A DNA stretch of 64,000 nucleotides from Entomortierella parvispora E1425 (GCA_020891255.1 BQFW01000010.1:1116001-1180000), one strand, 5' to 3'; shown: positions 1-12,498, counted from the stretch's first letter. The notes: generated from the letters alone by a model not told the origin. A program made the numbers and translations.

Positions 1-1052
1 TTGCGACGCGGCTGGGTGCGCTGCAACGGTTACGCTGTGCACCACGCACTGATAGCAAAAAAATTTTCTGAAATCAGAATATTTGCTGAGTGTGCAGGAA
101 TGGTGATGATGTCTGATCTCTCAAGACCAGGCATCGATGGAGGGTGATGGTGGAGAGGAGGATGGAGGCACTGATGCACAGAACAAGAAGAGCGAAGGGG
201 ATGGATCGACGGATGGATGGATGGATGCAGCGGATGGGGATGGATTGGAGACAACGCTCTGCTGTAGCAGGGGTTACATACGATCTTCGTGAATGGGAAA
301 GGATAAAGGGAAAGAGCGAGCAGCAGCGAGTTGGTTATTATTCTTGCCCCGGGTGGCTTGTGTTTGCCTCGCCCTCGCTTTCTAGCGTCCCTTTCTGGCC
401 ACACGCACTCCATCCATCCACTCGTCCACGAGGGACCAGTGCCGGCCGCGAGAAAATATTTTAAGGTCTTGTTTTTTCAGTCTGTCTTGCCCTCCAATGC
501 AAAGAAAAAAATTATTTTTTCGCGCCCCGCTCGCTGTTGTTGGTCCAGTCTTGGCCCGGTCTCGCTCTCTCCCCCTCCCAGACAGTGCAGGCGACCACCC
601 CCGCGGGCGACTGGCTGTGCCAGCTGCCTCGTCTGCTCTCGCCCGCATTGTTGGCCCATCCAGAGAGAGAGACCAGGCCAGTGGATAGAGCCTTAGGTCC
701 CTGAGGCTGCCTGTCCGAGTGGCTGCTCGGTCATATATGACAGTGGGGTCAAACACCCAACCAGTCAGCGCCCTCTTTGACTGAAGGAGACCCTCGCTCA
801 CTACACCTGTGGAGTCATCCCGTTCCTTGTTCCTGGACACCTTCTCTCTTCACTACCACACTTCATCCCCCACCCCCTTCCTTTCCTGCTACCTCTGAAC
901 AATTGCACCCTTGAATTCGCCTGTGCACCCACTCGAAGACTGCATCGCATCGCATTGCATCGATCAATCACCTCTGCCGTGCAGCAAACGTGGACGCACA
1001 GACTCTTGACCCTGCATCACCGTCAACAGAGACAAACACAGACTCTTTGGAC

Positions 1053-2809
1053 ATGGCACAGCAGGCTGGAATATATGCCGCAACGGCCGTTGGTGTCATC
1101 GCCTTGCTTGGCGTCGGTGCTGGCATCTTGTACAGAAAACATTGCCAGGACAAGATGGAGCAACAGGCAAGGGAGCAAGTCATTCAAGAACGAATGCAGC
1201 ATGCTGCGGGTATGATGCATGAAGCAATGACAAAGGGCGAATGATGTCCTAGGACCTTGAAGCTGGTCTGTGTAACCAACCAAGGTCGACTCTGACTGTT
1301 TTTTCTCGTCGTCCCTGCTCTACAGATTTGAATTTGCCTCCGTTATATGTTGATCACGAACAAGACCCTGTTTGCATCTACGAGCACGAACTGCCCCCTG
1401 ACGCTCTGCCTCCTGTCCAACCCATCCTTGTCCACTCTATCTCCGAGGATCATATTCTCATCCCGCCCGAGGAGGACCCCCTGGTGGTGTCACCGACAGT
1501 GCAACGGACTTTCTCGGCTCTTGGGATGCCGGTAGATACAGTTGCTGACGAATCTTTTGTGGTGATCGAGGAATTGAATGCTATGGATACAACTGAGGCC
1601 ACAGTGACAGAAACAACTCGGCTTCCGAATGTCGCCATCGCCTCAACTTCCCCCTCAGGAACATCGACACCACAGACGAACCAGAGTAATACTAGTTCGA
1701 CAAGACCTTCTCTCGTTATGAGACTCACTGGACTCTCAGGACTATCGACTCCTACCTCGATGTCCACTCCTCCAGAGGGCGCATCACCTGCCACATCGTT
1801 CACACAAGCACAATCTCCTGCCGCGGCAGTGTTGTCACCCAGAATCATTGATCGAGAGATGTTGAACCGAGCTAGACTACGGGCACCACCTTCCTATGAT
1901 GTTCCCAACAGAGTGATTGACCGATCACCTCATATGATCCAATACCTTTCTCCAGAACATCCTCAGGATGACTTTTATCTTCCCTCGGCATGTGTGCGGG
2001 ACGACTACTTCGGTCGGGTTCGTGTTCGTGCACACACTGTCTCCCACCCACCTCAGTCATCACTGCATCAGCAACATCAGCTTTCCGAAGCAATTGCAGG
2101 CAACGAGAACCGACCGGAGACACCTCGTTATTCTCTCGAATTCCCCTCACATGTGCCTCACCACCAACATCTTGAACGGCACCAACGAGCCAGAGCTTTG
2201 GCCACTATGGAGTCTTCTCCAGAACCTTCCTTGAACGAACAACAGTCTTGGGATGGAGATATCGGCCCTCAGTCTATCAGAATGGAAGCTCGATCATACT
2301 CGCAACCCTACTATTCTTCTTCAAACATGGAGTTGGGCATTGGCAATTCTCCTTCTTCTCTGAGAAACTACAGCAGCTCTAACAGAAGCCGACCGATTGG
2401 TATGCGCTCAAGAGCCTCCACGCTCGGCGAATCCTCAAAGCTCTTGATTCAGAGAATGCAGACCCTATGGAAGAAAACAGCAGCCCAACAACAACAGCAA
2501 CAGCAACAGCAGCAACAATTGACAGGCTTGGGATTGAACCTCCCTATTCCCACCGAGGCCTCTGCTGATGAGGAAGCAACGGCTATCGATTACCCCGCTA
2601 TTGTGACTTCAACAACGGATGAGACAACAGAAGACACCCAGGACGCCGTTGAGACAACAGAAGACATCGAGCAAGGGTCCAATGAGACCGACGACGCCAC
2701 CGAGAACAATCTTACTTTGCCTCGAATTTTGCTTTCACCGTCGTTATCGGAGTCTTTGCCCGAGCTGTCCTCATCAACTACTTCCCCCTTGCCCATCCTG
2801 GCCTCTTGA
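1053..2809 (+). CDS. Single-pass membrane protein with long disordered Ser/Pro/Thr-rich cytoplasmic tail; join(1053..1209,1326..2809)
   Basis: ATG at 1053 is followed by a hydrophobic helix (GIYAATAVGVIALLGVGAGILY) and then RKH. GTATGA donor at 1210 and TACAG acceptor at 1325 join the 990..1244 and 1328..2809 ORFs in frame (G|AT=Asp). An upstream exon cannot be excluded. Confidence 0.7.
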
Positions 2810-3024
2810 TTTCCACAGGGGGGGCTTTTTTTCTCTTACATGTTTACGTCTACTAGAACGAATATATACCTTTTTTTTCTTCACGCTATTGCGAGTTACA
2901 ATTTGCGCTCTTTTTTTTTTATGGGGAGACTGGGCAGACCAATATGGTACAATTGCGCTAGTGCGATGCTAAGAAATTCTGTTTGGTGCCCCTGCGTGCT
3001 CCTTTCTCGTTCTTCTAATGTTGT

Positions 3025-4500
3025 TTACGCTTCTAGGATCTTGAGAGTGTTGTAGAGCAGATCTGTGTACGCATCCAAAGGGCCTGGGGCACAGAACCTT
3101 GAACAGTCACCATCGCCCATCCTTCCATCAGGTCGCAAAGCAAACATCTTTTCCGTATCTAGGAAAATACCACCGGCCGCCTCGACAATGTGTTTAGCCA
3201 TCTTGTTCTGGCGCTGGATATCTGCCAAAGTAGGGCGGAACACCATCTTTGGATCTTCGTTGTCCTTTGTCCGTTCTGGCGACTGGTCCAGAGGTGTCTG
3301 AAGCATGGTTCCAGGGACGGTGGACCGGCCATCCTTCCCTGCCATTGCCTCATCTTCGCCTGCCTCCTTGAGTGCTGTACAGTTGTTGGAGACTGGGTGG
3401 GTGGCGCGATAGATGAACATGGTCTTTGGGTAATACCTCCAAAGGTATTTGATCGTGAACACCAACTCGTTCAAAAATTCCTCGTCCGGACGCCAGACTA
3501 AGCCCTTGTTCAATAGCACAATGTTGTACTCTTGCAATAACTCATCCGTAGCCCAAGGTTGCTCCACAGTTGACGCACTCGGAAACTCCTCCTTCTCTGG
3601 ATCAATGGCCCATGGTACTGAGATGACGTCGTTTCTTGAAAACTTCAAATTGGACGTTGCACACAGCTCATGAGGACTCCGGTGTAAACAGCCAAGTTCA
3701 CCATGGCACACAAACGGCTTCTGAACCGCACTCAAAAGGACATCGTGAAGTTGATACTGCGTCACGTCGCCCACGATCATCAAATTACGCTGTCTGAGTA
3801 CCCGGCAAAACTTTGCGGCCTCGAATGGCTCATACACTGTCGAGGGTGCAGCCCGGACCTTGGAGAGAGGTAATTGTCCGCAAATGGTCTCGTTCGGCAC
3901 CCACTTGTACTTTGTTGCTTCTCGAACCACCCATCGATCGTTTTTCGCATCCAGCTCGCCAAGATAATGTACATGGCCTTCTTCACCCTCATGCGCCTGC
4001 GCTTCTTGATCCAAAGACTCCATGAATCGTCCATCGCAACGACTAAAGCGACTGTCGCCGAGGTGAGGTATCCCCGGAGGCTTTGTGAGTGCGTGCCCGT
4101 CTATCCGAACCCATGATCCATTTTGTGTCCAGCACTGGATCTGGTCTCGAATCTGTTGAGCTCGTTCCCTGGTCTGGCCTTTGATCGTGGCTCCGTGGAT
4201 ATTATGAGGGATATCCTTGCCAAAGACCCGAAGCGCCTCTACTTGGACAATCGTGTCGGAAAGTTTGTCCAGGATGTCGAGCTCCTTGAGTGAAAGGGGC
4301 ACGGTGGGGTGTCTGTTCCGGACAGGGTCACCAAAGCTACCGCCGCTCATGAATGCCTCGTTGCTGCTGTCGCTGCTGTCGCTGCCACCAATACCAGGAA
4401 TATGAAAGGATGTACGGTAATAGATTCCCAGTTGGATGAAGATTATGCATGCAAGAAAGCCAACAATGGGCCTAGCGCCCATTTCTGGGAGAGAATGCAT
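3025..4500 (-). CDS. Type II membrane protein with TBL/PC-esterase-like (SGNH-related) domain
   Basis: N-terminal TM helix (IVGFLACIIFIQLGIYY). TBL-like layout: C..GSWV, YKWVPNETIC, FCRVLRQRNLMIVGDV (cf. LRGKxLxFVGDS) and C-terminal DCSRFCAPGPLDAY (cf. DCxHWCLPGxPDxW). Confidence 0.65.
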   Translation of the reverse strand: MHSLPEMGARPIVGFLACIIFIQLGIYYRTSFHIPGIGGSDSSDSSNEAFMSGGSFGDPVRNRHPTVPLSLKELDILDKLSDTIVQVEALRVFGKDIPHNIHGATIKGQTRERAQQIRDQIQCWTQNGSWVRIDGHALTKPPGIPHLGDSRFSRCDGRFMESLDQEAQAHEGEEGHVHYLGELDAKNDRWVVREATKYKWVPNETICGQLPLSKVRAAPSTVYEPFEAAKFCRVLRQRNLMIVGDVTQYQLHDVLLSAVQKPFVCHGELGCLHRSPHELCATSNLKFSRNDVISVPWAIDPEKEEFPSASTVEQPWATDELLQEYNIVLLNKGLVWRPDEEFLNELVFTIKYLWRYYPKTMFIYRATHPVSNNCTALKEAGEDEAMAGKDGRSTVPGTMLQTPLDQSPERTKDNEDPKMVFRPTLADIQRQNKMAKHIVEAAGGIFLDTEKMFALRPDGRMGDGDCSRFCAPGPLDAYTDLLYNTLKILEA

Positions 4501-4667
4501 TGTGTTGCTCGTGTGCTGTAGTGCAAGAAGAGAAATGAAGGTGACAATGAGGAAAGTCGAAAAGAATGAAAGGATGGATAAAGGAGGAGGAGGAGGACAA
4601 GATTAAAAGAGCGAAGGAGGCAACATGCAGAAAGAATGACAGTGAGGGGAGATGAAAAAAGAAAGAA

Positions 4668-4691
4668 GAGAGAGAGAGAGAGAGAGAGAGA
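4668..4691. repeat. (GA)n microsatellite
   Basis: Uninterrupted AG dinucleotide run in the intergenic region upstream of the TBL-like gene. Confidence 0.85.
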
Positions 4692-6015
4692 AAAAAAAGA
4701 AAAAAAGAAAGAACAGACAACAAAGAAGGCCGTTTGTGCTCGTTTCTGCACTCCACCAAGGAGGATGGGCAAGCCCCTGCCTGCTGTACCCCCTTTTGTC
4801 TATTTTTTGACAATGGTGCCCGTTCTCTTCTGCTTCTCTGCCTCGCCCATGACGGCAGCGACAATAAGGCAGGTCAGAGGGCCTTGTTGTGGAAATACGT
4901 CGAGGAAACAGCCCTCCGCCTTTGCGAGCAGAGCATCAAACAAGCTGTCAAAACATCTCTCATGATATCCAGCGTCCAAGCGTCTATCCCAAAAGAGGAG
5001 AAGCCCTGTCCACCGCCCAACTCTGCCTCTCGAAGGGGCCGCCAAATGTTATTACGGAAATGACATAAAACGATAATCTCGACTTCAAGGATCACACTTG
5101 CAGGAACAACGCTGTTTTGAGAGTTTTGAGCCCACTTTGTTGTCAAAAATGTATTCCCATGCCACCCACAGCGATCAACGGCGAATCTGATCAAGCCCTG
5201 CTTGTTGCTTGGCGCAAGGCGAGCACAGGACGGAGTGAAAGGTAAGATTATAACAGGAAAAAAACCGAGGATTGACCTCTGCATGGTTATTCTTGCACCA
5301 GGAGGACAAAATAGCCGAGTTTGCTCTTTTCTCAAAAAGCTCTCGCTTTGCCTTTGTGCAATTGCCATAGGAGACGCGGCTACGAATAACAGCGCCAATT
5401 GCAATTTGAAATAGGGTAGATGATGCCCATGTTCTAAAACCTGCGGTGCGCCTGGTTCCATCGACTCTGCAGGGTCGGGATACATGCAGTGAATCGTTGC
5501 ACCCCAATGGAATTAACTCCCCAACCTGATTACCAACCTTTCCTTGCCTGCGAAGTCTAAAGCAGCAATGCCGTCAATTCGTTTTTCATCTTGTCGCACC
5601 TATTCTCCGTTCGGGAGGTTGGAAACATCCAACGGACTTTTAGATAACCGCCGCATGGGCCCTATCTCAGAGTCGCAAAACAAAAAATCAAGAAGCGCGC
5701 AAACCAGCCACGAAAGCTTGAAACGGGGGTCTCGCCCCACCAACGGATTTCTGCTTTTGGACCCTTTTTGATTCACGAGGATCGGGTCTTGTCTTTTTTT
5801 TTGTCTTTGCTACTTCCTTGCAGCGCGCCTATATTACTTGGGCCACATTGACGCCTTTCCTCTTTCATATCTTGCTCATCATCCTTTCCAAAGCACCCAA
5901 GAAACACTCTACCCCTATACCACAAAATCTGAGAGCACAATCTCCACACCCACTCCACCTTTACGCCCCACCCCAATCTGCGCCCTTCTTGCACATCCCA
6001 CATCTTACACAAAAC

Positions 6016-6848
6016 ATGGAAAACCCTCAACAACAACAACCCATGACCGCCGTCCGGGTTATCAGTGCCGCCAATGGTAACCCTGGACCCCTGGGACTCT
6101 TCGCCTTCGCAGTGACAACCAGTAAATTGAAGATTGAGCTAACTAAAGCTCTACGCTGAGCAGTTGAACATTCAATCTATACCTTTCGAGGAACACAAGA
6201 AAACGCCCTAATACCCGTAAAACTCCTGTCTTTTGTAATACTATTAAATTAGTCATTGCCAATCTATACCATATTGGCGCCGGCGTGCCACCGGATGGCG
6301 GAGACGCTCTTCTTCTCGGCTTTGCATTATGGTACGGAGGCATTGTCCAGATTCTAGCCGGCATGTGGTCCATGAAGGTCGGCAACACATTCGAGGCCAC
6401 AGCCTTTTCATCCTTTGGTGCCTACTGGGCTGCCTATGGATTCATGTTCCTTCCCGGATCTGGCATTCAAGAGTCGTATGCCAATGCTCCACCAGAGGCC
6501 TTCCAGAATGCGTTGGGTATTTTTATTCTCGTCTGGGCATTCATGGCCCTTATTTTGACTGTGGGAACGACCCGATCCACGATTGCAACCGTGCTGATGT
6601 TTGTCTTCCTGGACATCCATTTGCTGTTCTTGGCCGGTCAAGAGTTTGGCCATCATCCTCCAGGAGCATACCCACAAAGGATCGGATGCGCGTTTGGCAT
6701 CTTGACCGCACTCTTGGCATTTTGGAATGGGGCTGCTTCCCTTTGGCTACCCTCCAACAGTCATGTCCTTTTGCCAGTTGGACATCTGAACTGGGGTCAG
6801 AAGCGAGTTATCGGTCGAGACACTAAGCAACAAGTTTACAATGTATGA
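6016..6848 (+). CDS. GPR1/FUN34/YaaH (Ato/Ady2/SatP-like) acetate/ammonia transporter; join(6016..6121,6253..6848)
   Basis: Signature NPGPLGLFAFAVTT, then GFALWYGGIVQILAGMW and NTFEATAFSSFGAYW, with several TM helices. The GTAAAT..TTAG intron restores the frame. Confidence 0.92.
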
Positions 6849-7007
6849 TACAACATCCAAAAACAGCAGCAATGATAGTAACGAATAAACGGATTGGAAC
6901 CATGCATCAAAAAAAGTGCAAATTGGTGGCGTCGATAATTCGTCACCTGATACACTGACTCAAAATCTTCGAGCAACAGATGAGCATTCATTCCCTTACC
7001 ACTCACC

Positions 7008-8513
7008 ATGACCAATCCCGCGGTGGCAAAATGGCTAGAAGAGATTGCCTCGGCTAAAGCAAAGGCTCAAGCTAAGACACCCAAGGTGTCTCCGCTGAAT
7101 ACCATTGCCACGGACAACGGCTCAAAAGTCGCCTTGAGTGGATCGCAGTCCAATGATCTATCAAAAGGCAAGACGATAATGTCCGCTTCTCCGTATGGTA
7201 TATTTCCTTTATTTGATCTCAAGACCCGCAAGAAGCAGCTTAGACTCGTCTTACCTCCACCTCCTACCAAACCTGGCCCGGGCGAATGCTGTGGGAACGA
7301 TTGTAACCCATGTATCAACACTCTTTATCAAGAAGATCTAGCCGAACATCAAGAACGTGTCCGTAATTTAAAGGCCGCATATGAACACGCCTGTCTAGAA
7401 TTGGAACGCGGGAAAGAACAGGATGACTTCTTGCCTGCGCCCTCTTCCCCACTATCAACAAAATCAACGGCAATAGTGCTAGAGGACAAGGATCAAAAGA
7501 CTGGAGGAATGAGCCTTCGATCGTATCGACCATTCAAAATCCTGCGAAAGGATTATTTGAACGACAACACGCTCTTGGTGGTTTGCGACACACCAATGCC
7601 ATCACCGCGGGGAACCCCTACGGAAGCGTTTCCACCCGCAGTAAACAGGTCAGGCCTAGGGGATGGTCCCCTCGAAAGCATGTTTCATATCTTGATCCGG
7701 TTCAGGAACGGCTCAGATGATTATCTCACCAAGGCCTTTACGCCCGTTGCATTGAAGGCGGAAGGTGACAGGAAAGACGAGGGCATGGAGGGCAAGCTGA
7801 CCTTTATGATTAAGCTTTACCCGACACCTCATCTGACCTCGGACATGTTTCGTAGACTACGAGTGGGACCTGAAGGCGATGACAGCAGCATGTTGTACCT
7901 GCGAGGGCCGATTCATACCAGTCGAACCCCACTCAAGGATGGCTCTATCGATACTATACCCCTACCAGAAGCAGCAAGAAAGACAAGGGCAAGGAATCAC
8001 AGGATAGTCATGATCGCTGCTGGATCAGGGATCACCCCTATGTACCAACTCTTGCAGCGCTTGCATCACGATGAGATGCAGGCGGATCGCCATGGAAACT
8101 CGAGGCAAGAAATAGACCTGATATATTGTAATCGTACCAAGAATGATATATGGCTACGGCAGGAACTTCAGCAACTGAAAACCGACCCTGCAATTGCGGA
8201 CGAGAGTCCTGCTAACCCATGGAGACGCAGGACGGTCCGGATCCAACATGTTCTCTCATCTTCTTTATCGAATCATCCTGACGAAAAGCAAGAGGAGGAG
8301 TACTTCCATTCAGGACGAATCACACTTGATTTACTACGCGATACTCTCCAACATAGCTTGCAGAAGGAGCCAGTCGCGGCCGAAGACGACACTCTTCAAA
8401 TTTTGATATGTGGCCCACCATCCTTTAACACAGATGTCTCGAGGATGCTCCTTCAGCTCGGGTACTCGTCATCGTCGCTAGAAAATCGTTGCGAGATTCA
8501 TATTCTGGAATGA
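7008..8513 (+). CDS. NADH-cytochrome b5 reductase-like (CYB5RL-type) flavoprotein with N-terminal Cys-cluster 'oxidoreductase-like' domain
   Basis: PPPTKPGPGECCGNDCNPCINTLY domain; FNR-family motifs IKLYP, YLRGP, MIAAGSGITPMYQL, LIYCNRT and ILICGPPSF; single-exon 501-aa ORF. Confidence 0.85.
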   Translation: MTNPAVAKWLEEIASAKAKAQAKTPKVSPLNTIATDNGSKVALSGSQSNDLSKGKTIMSASPYGIFPLFDLKTRKKQLRLVLPPPPTKPGPGECCGNDCNPCINTLYQEDLAEHQERVRNLKAAYEHACLELERGKEQDDFLPAPSSPLSTKSTAIVLEDKDQKTGGMSLRSYRPFKILRKDYLNDNTLLVVCDTPMPSPRGTPTEAFPPAVNRSGLGDGPLESMFHILIRFRNGSDDYLTKAFTPVALKAEGDRKDEGMEGKLTFMIKLYPTPHLTSDMFRRLRVGPEGDDSSMLYLRGPIHTSRTPLKDGSIDTIPLPEAARKTRARNHRIVMIAAGSGITPMYQLLQRLHHDEMQADRHGNSRQEIDLIYCNRTKNDIWLRQELQQLKTDPAIADESPANPWRRRTVRIQHVLSSSLSNHPDEKQEEEYFHSGRITLDLLRDTLQHSLQKEPVAAEDDTLQILICGPPSFNTDVSRMLLQLGYSSSSLENRCEIHILE

Positions 8514-8857
8514 AGATTAAAAACGAAGTGCACGAATATGTAATGACAGGATTTCTTTAATGGTTTATTCTGGAGCACGGCCGGATCAAATCGGTGAACT
8601 GGTATATGGAAAGGGGGGATGACCAAATGGTGGCGCACTCCTTGATTAAATAACCGAAAAAAGAAGAGATGGATCCGATAGGGATATGAATGCTGGTGCC
8701 AATGAAGCGAAGGATGGGTTGAACTGATCTACAGGGATGAAGGGGGATATATGGTACACAAGTGGGGGGGAAAAAACTAAAAAAAACAAGGGCAGAAATA
8801 CAATTCGAGACAGAGCAAAAGAAAAACTGAACAGGACAATGAAGGCGAAACAACTCT

Positions 8858-10642
8858 CTACCCTTGATGATCGATCCTTTGGTCATTGGACTCTTGGACT
8901 TCAGTCTCGGTCCATTTGTGCTTCTCTTCTGGAGGAGAGAGCAAATGGGTCTTGACGATGTTGCCCTGTTGATGCGAGGCCATTGTGGTCGACTCTACCA
9001 ACGTAGGAGCAAAGACCATGGAGGATTGGCTCATGGCGGTGATCAATGGCTGTTGCTGTTGTTGCTGTTGCTGTTGCTGCTGAACAGACATGAGCCGCTG
9101 GAGCTGAAATTGCTGCTGCTGTTGAAGCAATTGCTGTTGTTGCAGAAACTGTTGCTGTTGAAATTGCTGTTGCTGCTGTTGGATTTGCATCGCGGCAAAT
9201 AAATGCCGTTGCTGTTGTTGGAGCTGAAGCTGTTGTTGCCTTTGCTGTTGAAGCTGAAGTTGGAGTTGCTGCTCTTGCTGTTGCTGCTGTTGCATGGCAG
9301 CGGAGGCAGGGACGAGCTGACGCTCTCGAAATTGAAGCAAGGAATTGCCGACCCTTTGAAGTTCATCGACCTTGACATTCAGCTCAAACTTGGTCGTGAA
9401 GAGGAACTCGAGCTCGAGCTGGTTTAATTCTGGCAAGCTCAGACCTCCAACCTATTGAGGGAGAACAGTGTTGTCAGAAAAACAGAAAAGAAAAAAAAAA
9501 AACTTGTGGAACATTGGACATTTGGGAAATGAACAGAGAACCGAAACTGTCTGCAGCGAGCTCTTGTCACACAGCACCATTTCAGATTCAAATCGAAAAA
9601 AGTGTTGGGAAAAGGGCGCGGGGGAAGTTGATGGGTTGTTATTTTTTACCTTGGCATAGCGTGCGTTGGAATAAAAGAGATCTGACGTGAACTTTGCTGC
9701 AACCATCAAACAAGTGATCAACAATCGATGAATGTTGAAGCTGTTGACTCTGAAGCCATTTGTGGTTGTTGTTGCAACCGCGCCGGAAGGCGTTGCTGTA
9801 GTTGCCATCTCTTCAACAGACGTCGTGCAGGTGGTTGTTGGCGATGGTGATGCAGCCACGCGGGACCGCTTGCACGATTCTTGTTGTTGCTGATGATGAC
9901 GTTGGTCCTCTGTCGGGTCTCTGCCACGTTTTTGGATGATAGGCAAATCCTGGGCGGAGTTGGAGTTTGATGACGATGCTGGGCCGCAAAAAGGGTCCCG
10001 AGACGATAGTGATGATGATGATGGACAGGAGTTTGAGGAAGTTGATGAGGCTGTAATTGCGGTACTGGCTGCGGCGGGAAACTGGGAAGATTGAGAGGCT
10101 GTTGAAAAAGGGGGTGTTGATAAGGAGGATGATGTTGATGGGGAGCAAGGAGAGGGCATTGGCGTGGCTAAAAGCGTGGAATTCATTGGTGTCCCACGAC
10201 TTTGCAGTGGCAGCTCTTGTTGCAGTTGATGCAGCTGCATGCCCTCTAGTCCACCGATCCGATCCAAAAAGACAAGCACGTTCAACAGCACCTCGTTCGT
10301 GAACGGGATATACTGAAGGACCCTTGTCAAGTAGGCCTCGATCGAGATTCGTGGGACAGCTCTTGAGTGAAAGAGAGTGACGGGATCTCTGGAGGGGTCA
10401 TAGAGACTGTCATTCTTGTGAACAAGCATCGAGAGCAAGGAGGACACGATCAAGAGCGTGTCCTTGACGGGGTGTTGAATGACGTCGAACTGGGGAGTAG
10501 CCATCATGGTTGGAGAGGAAGAGGAAGAACAAGGAGAAGAAGAAGCGGCGGTGTTGGTATATGTCTTTTCCTCAGGCTGGGGAGTGGGAGGGGGGGAAGG
10601 AGTGGTTGTGTTTGGTGTGTCCATGGTCGCAGTAGTGGTCAT
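8858..10642 (-). CDS. Pho80/Pcl6-7 family cyclin with polyQ tail; complement(join(8858..9451,9650..10642))
   Basis: FHSRAVPRISIEAYLTRV and NSFNIHRLLITCLMVAAKFTSDLFYSNARYAK|VGGLSLPELNQLELEFL across a GTAAAA..ATAG intron. The ATG at 10642 is the likely start. Confidence 0.9.
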
Positions 10643-12498
10643 TGTGGAGGAAGGCCGTGAAGGGATATATGGCTGGGGGGGTACGCTGAAGACAGAGCAG
10701 TGCTGTGGCCGAAGTGTGAGATCTGGAGCAATGCTAGAGTTGTAAGTGGCGCTGCTGCATGGAGATGCCTGTGTCAAAGATATACGAAGATGAAAGAGTT
10801 GATGGAGAGACAGAAAGGAGAGGAAGGGAGAAGGAAGGAAGAACGAGCAGCGAGACGTGCTAGTGGATAAAGGAACAGGAAGAAAGAAAGACAGGGAGAC
10901 AAAGAAAGAAAAGAGGCAAACGGATGGTGGGTGAGACGTGGTGCACTGTTCCTTTTGTTCATCCACACAGGTTTCTTTTCTTCCCTCGCACAAGTTTAAA
11001 CGACAAGTCGATTCACGTTCCTGCTTGGAGCCAGGCCAGGAGTGTCTCGTTGTTTTGATTGTTTCCATCGTTCTCGGACGCACCTGCCACACGGTGCAAG
11101 CAGCAGGGCACATGTGTGCAACCATCGGATGGGCGAATTGTATCTGTGTGTCCCCCTCGCTCCTTTTGGCCGTTGGAATGAAAGGAAACAGAGGAGGGAT
11201 GCAGGCAGAAATAGTGTGACGAGTCAGCGCGGGCCCTTTGCACACGTTTTGGAGACACTCGATGTGGAGAAACGGCGGGTGGTCGCACGGCGGCTGTTGA
11301 TTGGCTGCGCGATGTGTCGGTGTGTCGGGTGTGCATTTGCGCCTGTGTGTGTGCCTGGCTTCTTTTCTCTCTTTGGCTCCGCTGTCAAATCGAACTTGTC
11401 GAGTCTCACGTCGTCCGCACCCTTTTGCTCAACCTTGCTTCCAGCCGTTCCTGAGTCGGATGCTGTTGGCTCGCTGCCACTGAACGACGCTGGGTTTTTT
11501 TTTTTTACACTTTTCTTCCTTCGATCTCTTATTCTGTTTACTGTACATATTTTCATATGGCTGCTCTGCGAAAAAAAACCTGTTTCCGGAGGATTTTCTC
11601 AGTGTATGAGCATCCAGTATCCAGATCACTCCAGCTTAGAAACTCAGGGGGGCCAGCAAAGGCAAGATGGCCACGACGGCACCATGATTTGCACCATGCA
11701 TGTGTTTTTCTTTGCGCTAGAGCTTTGTCCTTATGTCAGACCAATGGATATCTTTATGTAAGTACCTTATGAATCCATCCAACACAGTATCTCTGATCAG
11801 TACCCAAGAGCCGGTACCGGCCATGATGGCCATGAAGAGCTGAAAATAAACAATTTGTGCCTCCGCATGGATCTTGAGTCTCGACACTTGGCACCAAATT
11901 GGCGTCTTCTCTTTCATGCCGTTGAAGACTTTTGCAAACTATGTTGCCTGTCCCTCGCTTTTTACTGGAAGGTGAAGACACGCCTCTCTACCAATAGTTT
12001 CGTTCCATTGGACTTGTCATGATCCTGTGCCTGCCCCTGCTGGACAACCTACTGTACCGACCAAGAGAAAGTGGGCTCATCCCATGTGTTGCTTTCTGAC
12101 CTGATGTAAGCCTTCTGCTGAGCTGTTGAGCTGCTGAGGGAAATAAAATACGACTCCGATAGGGGCTCAGCATAGGAACAGGAAGATACAATGAGCGGGG
12201 TGCTCCTTTCCACGAGTCTCGAAGCCATCACCTTCAATAGCCACCAGTGATACTCTTGTCCGTGTAAGATGGAGACTCCCTATGACCAATGAAAAGGCCA
12301 ATATTGGCGAGCTATCCTTGCTGCTGCATGTCTTTAACGAATAAATGAGATGGGATGAAGCGTACTTTAATCACTACGAGCTGAGGGTCTATTACTACCA
12401 AAAAAAAGATGACCTCTTTTCTTTCTTTCATGCCGTCTCCGTCTTGACCTAAAGAACAGCAAGCCTTACGATTGTTGTTGTTGCTACTGAGGTCATCA

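Noticed and set aside
8864-9427. Poly-Leu ORFs
   Set aside because: Antisense reading of the cyclin's CAG/CAA polyQ tract.
10643-11245. 200-aa N-terminal extension of the cyclin ORF
   Set aside because: CT-rich 5' leader sequence translating to F/S/L-rich noise; ATG 10642 is the more plausible start.
11700-12300. Balanced-composition stretch with short ORFs that could be a gene or transposon relic
   Set aside because: No consistent exon chain or recognisable motif could be built.
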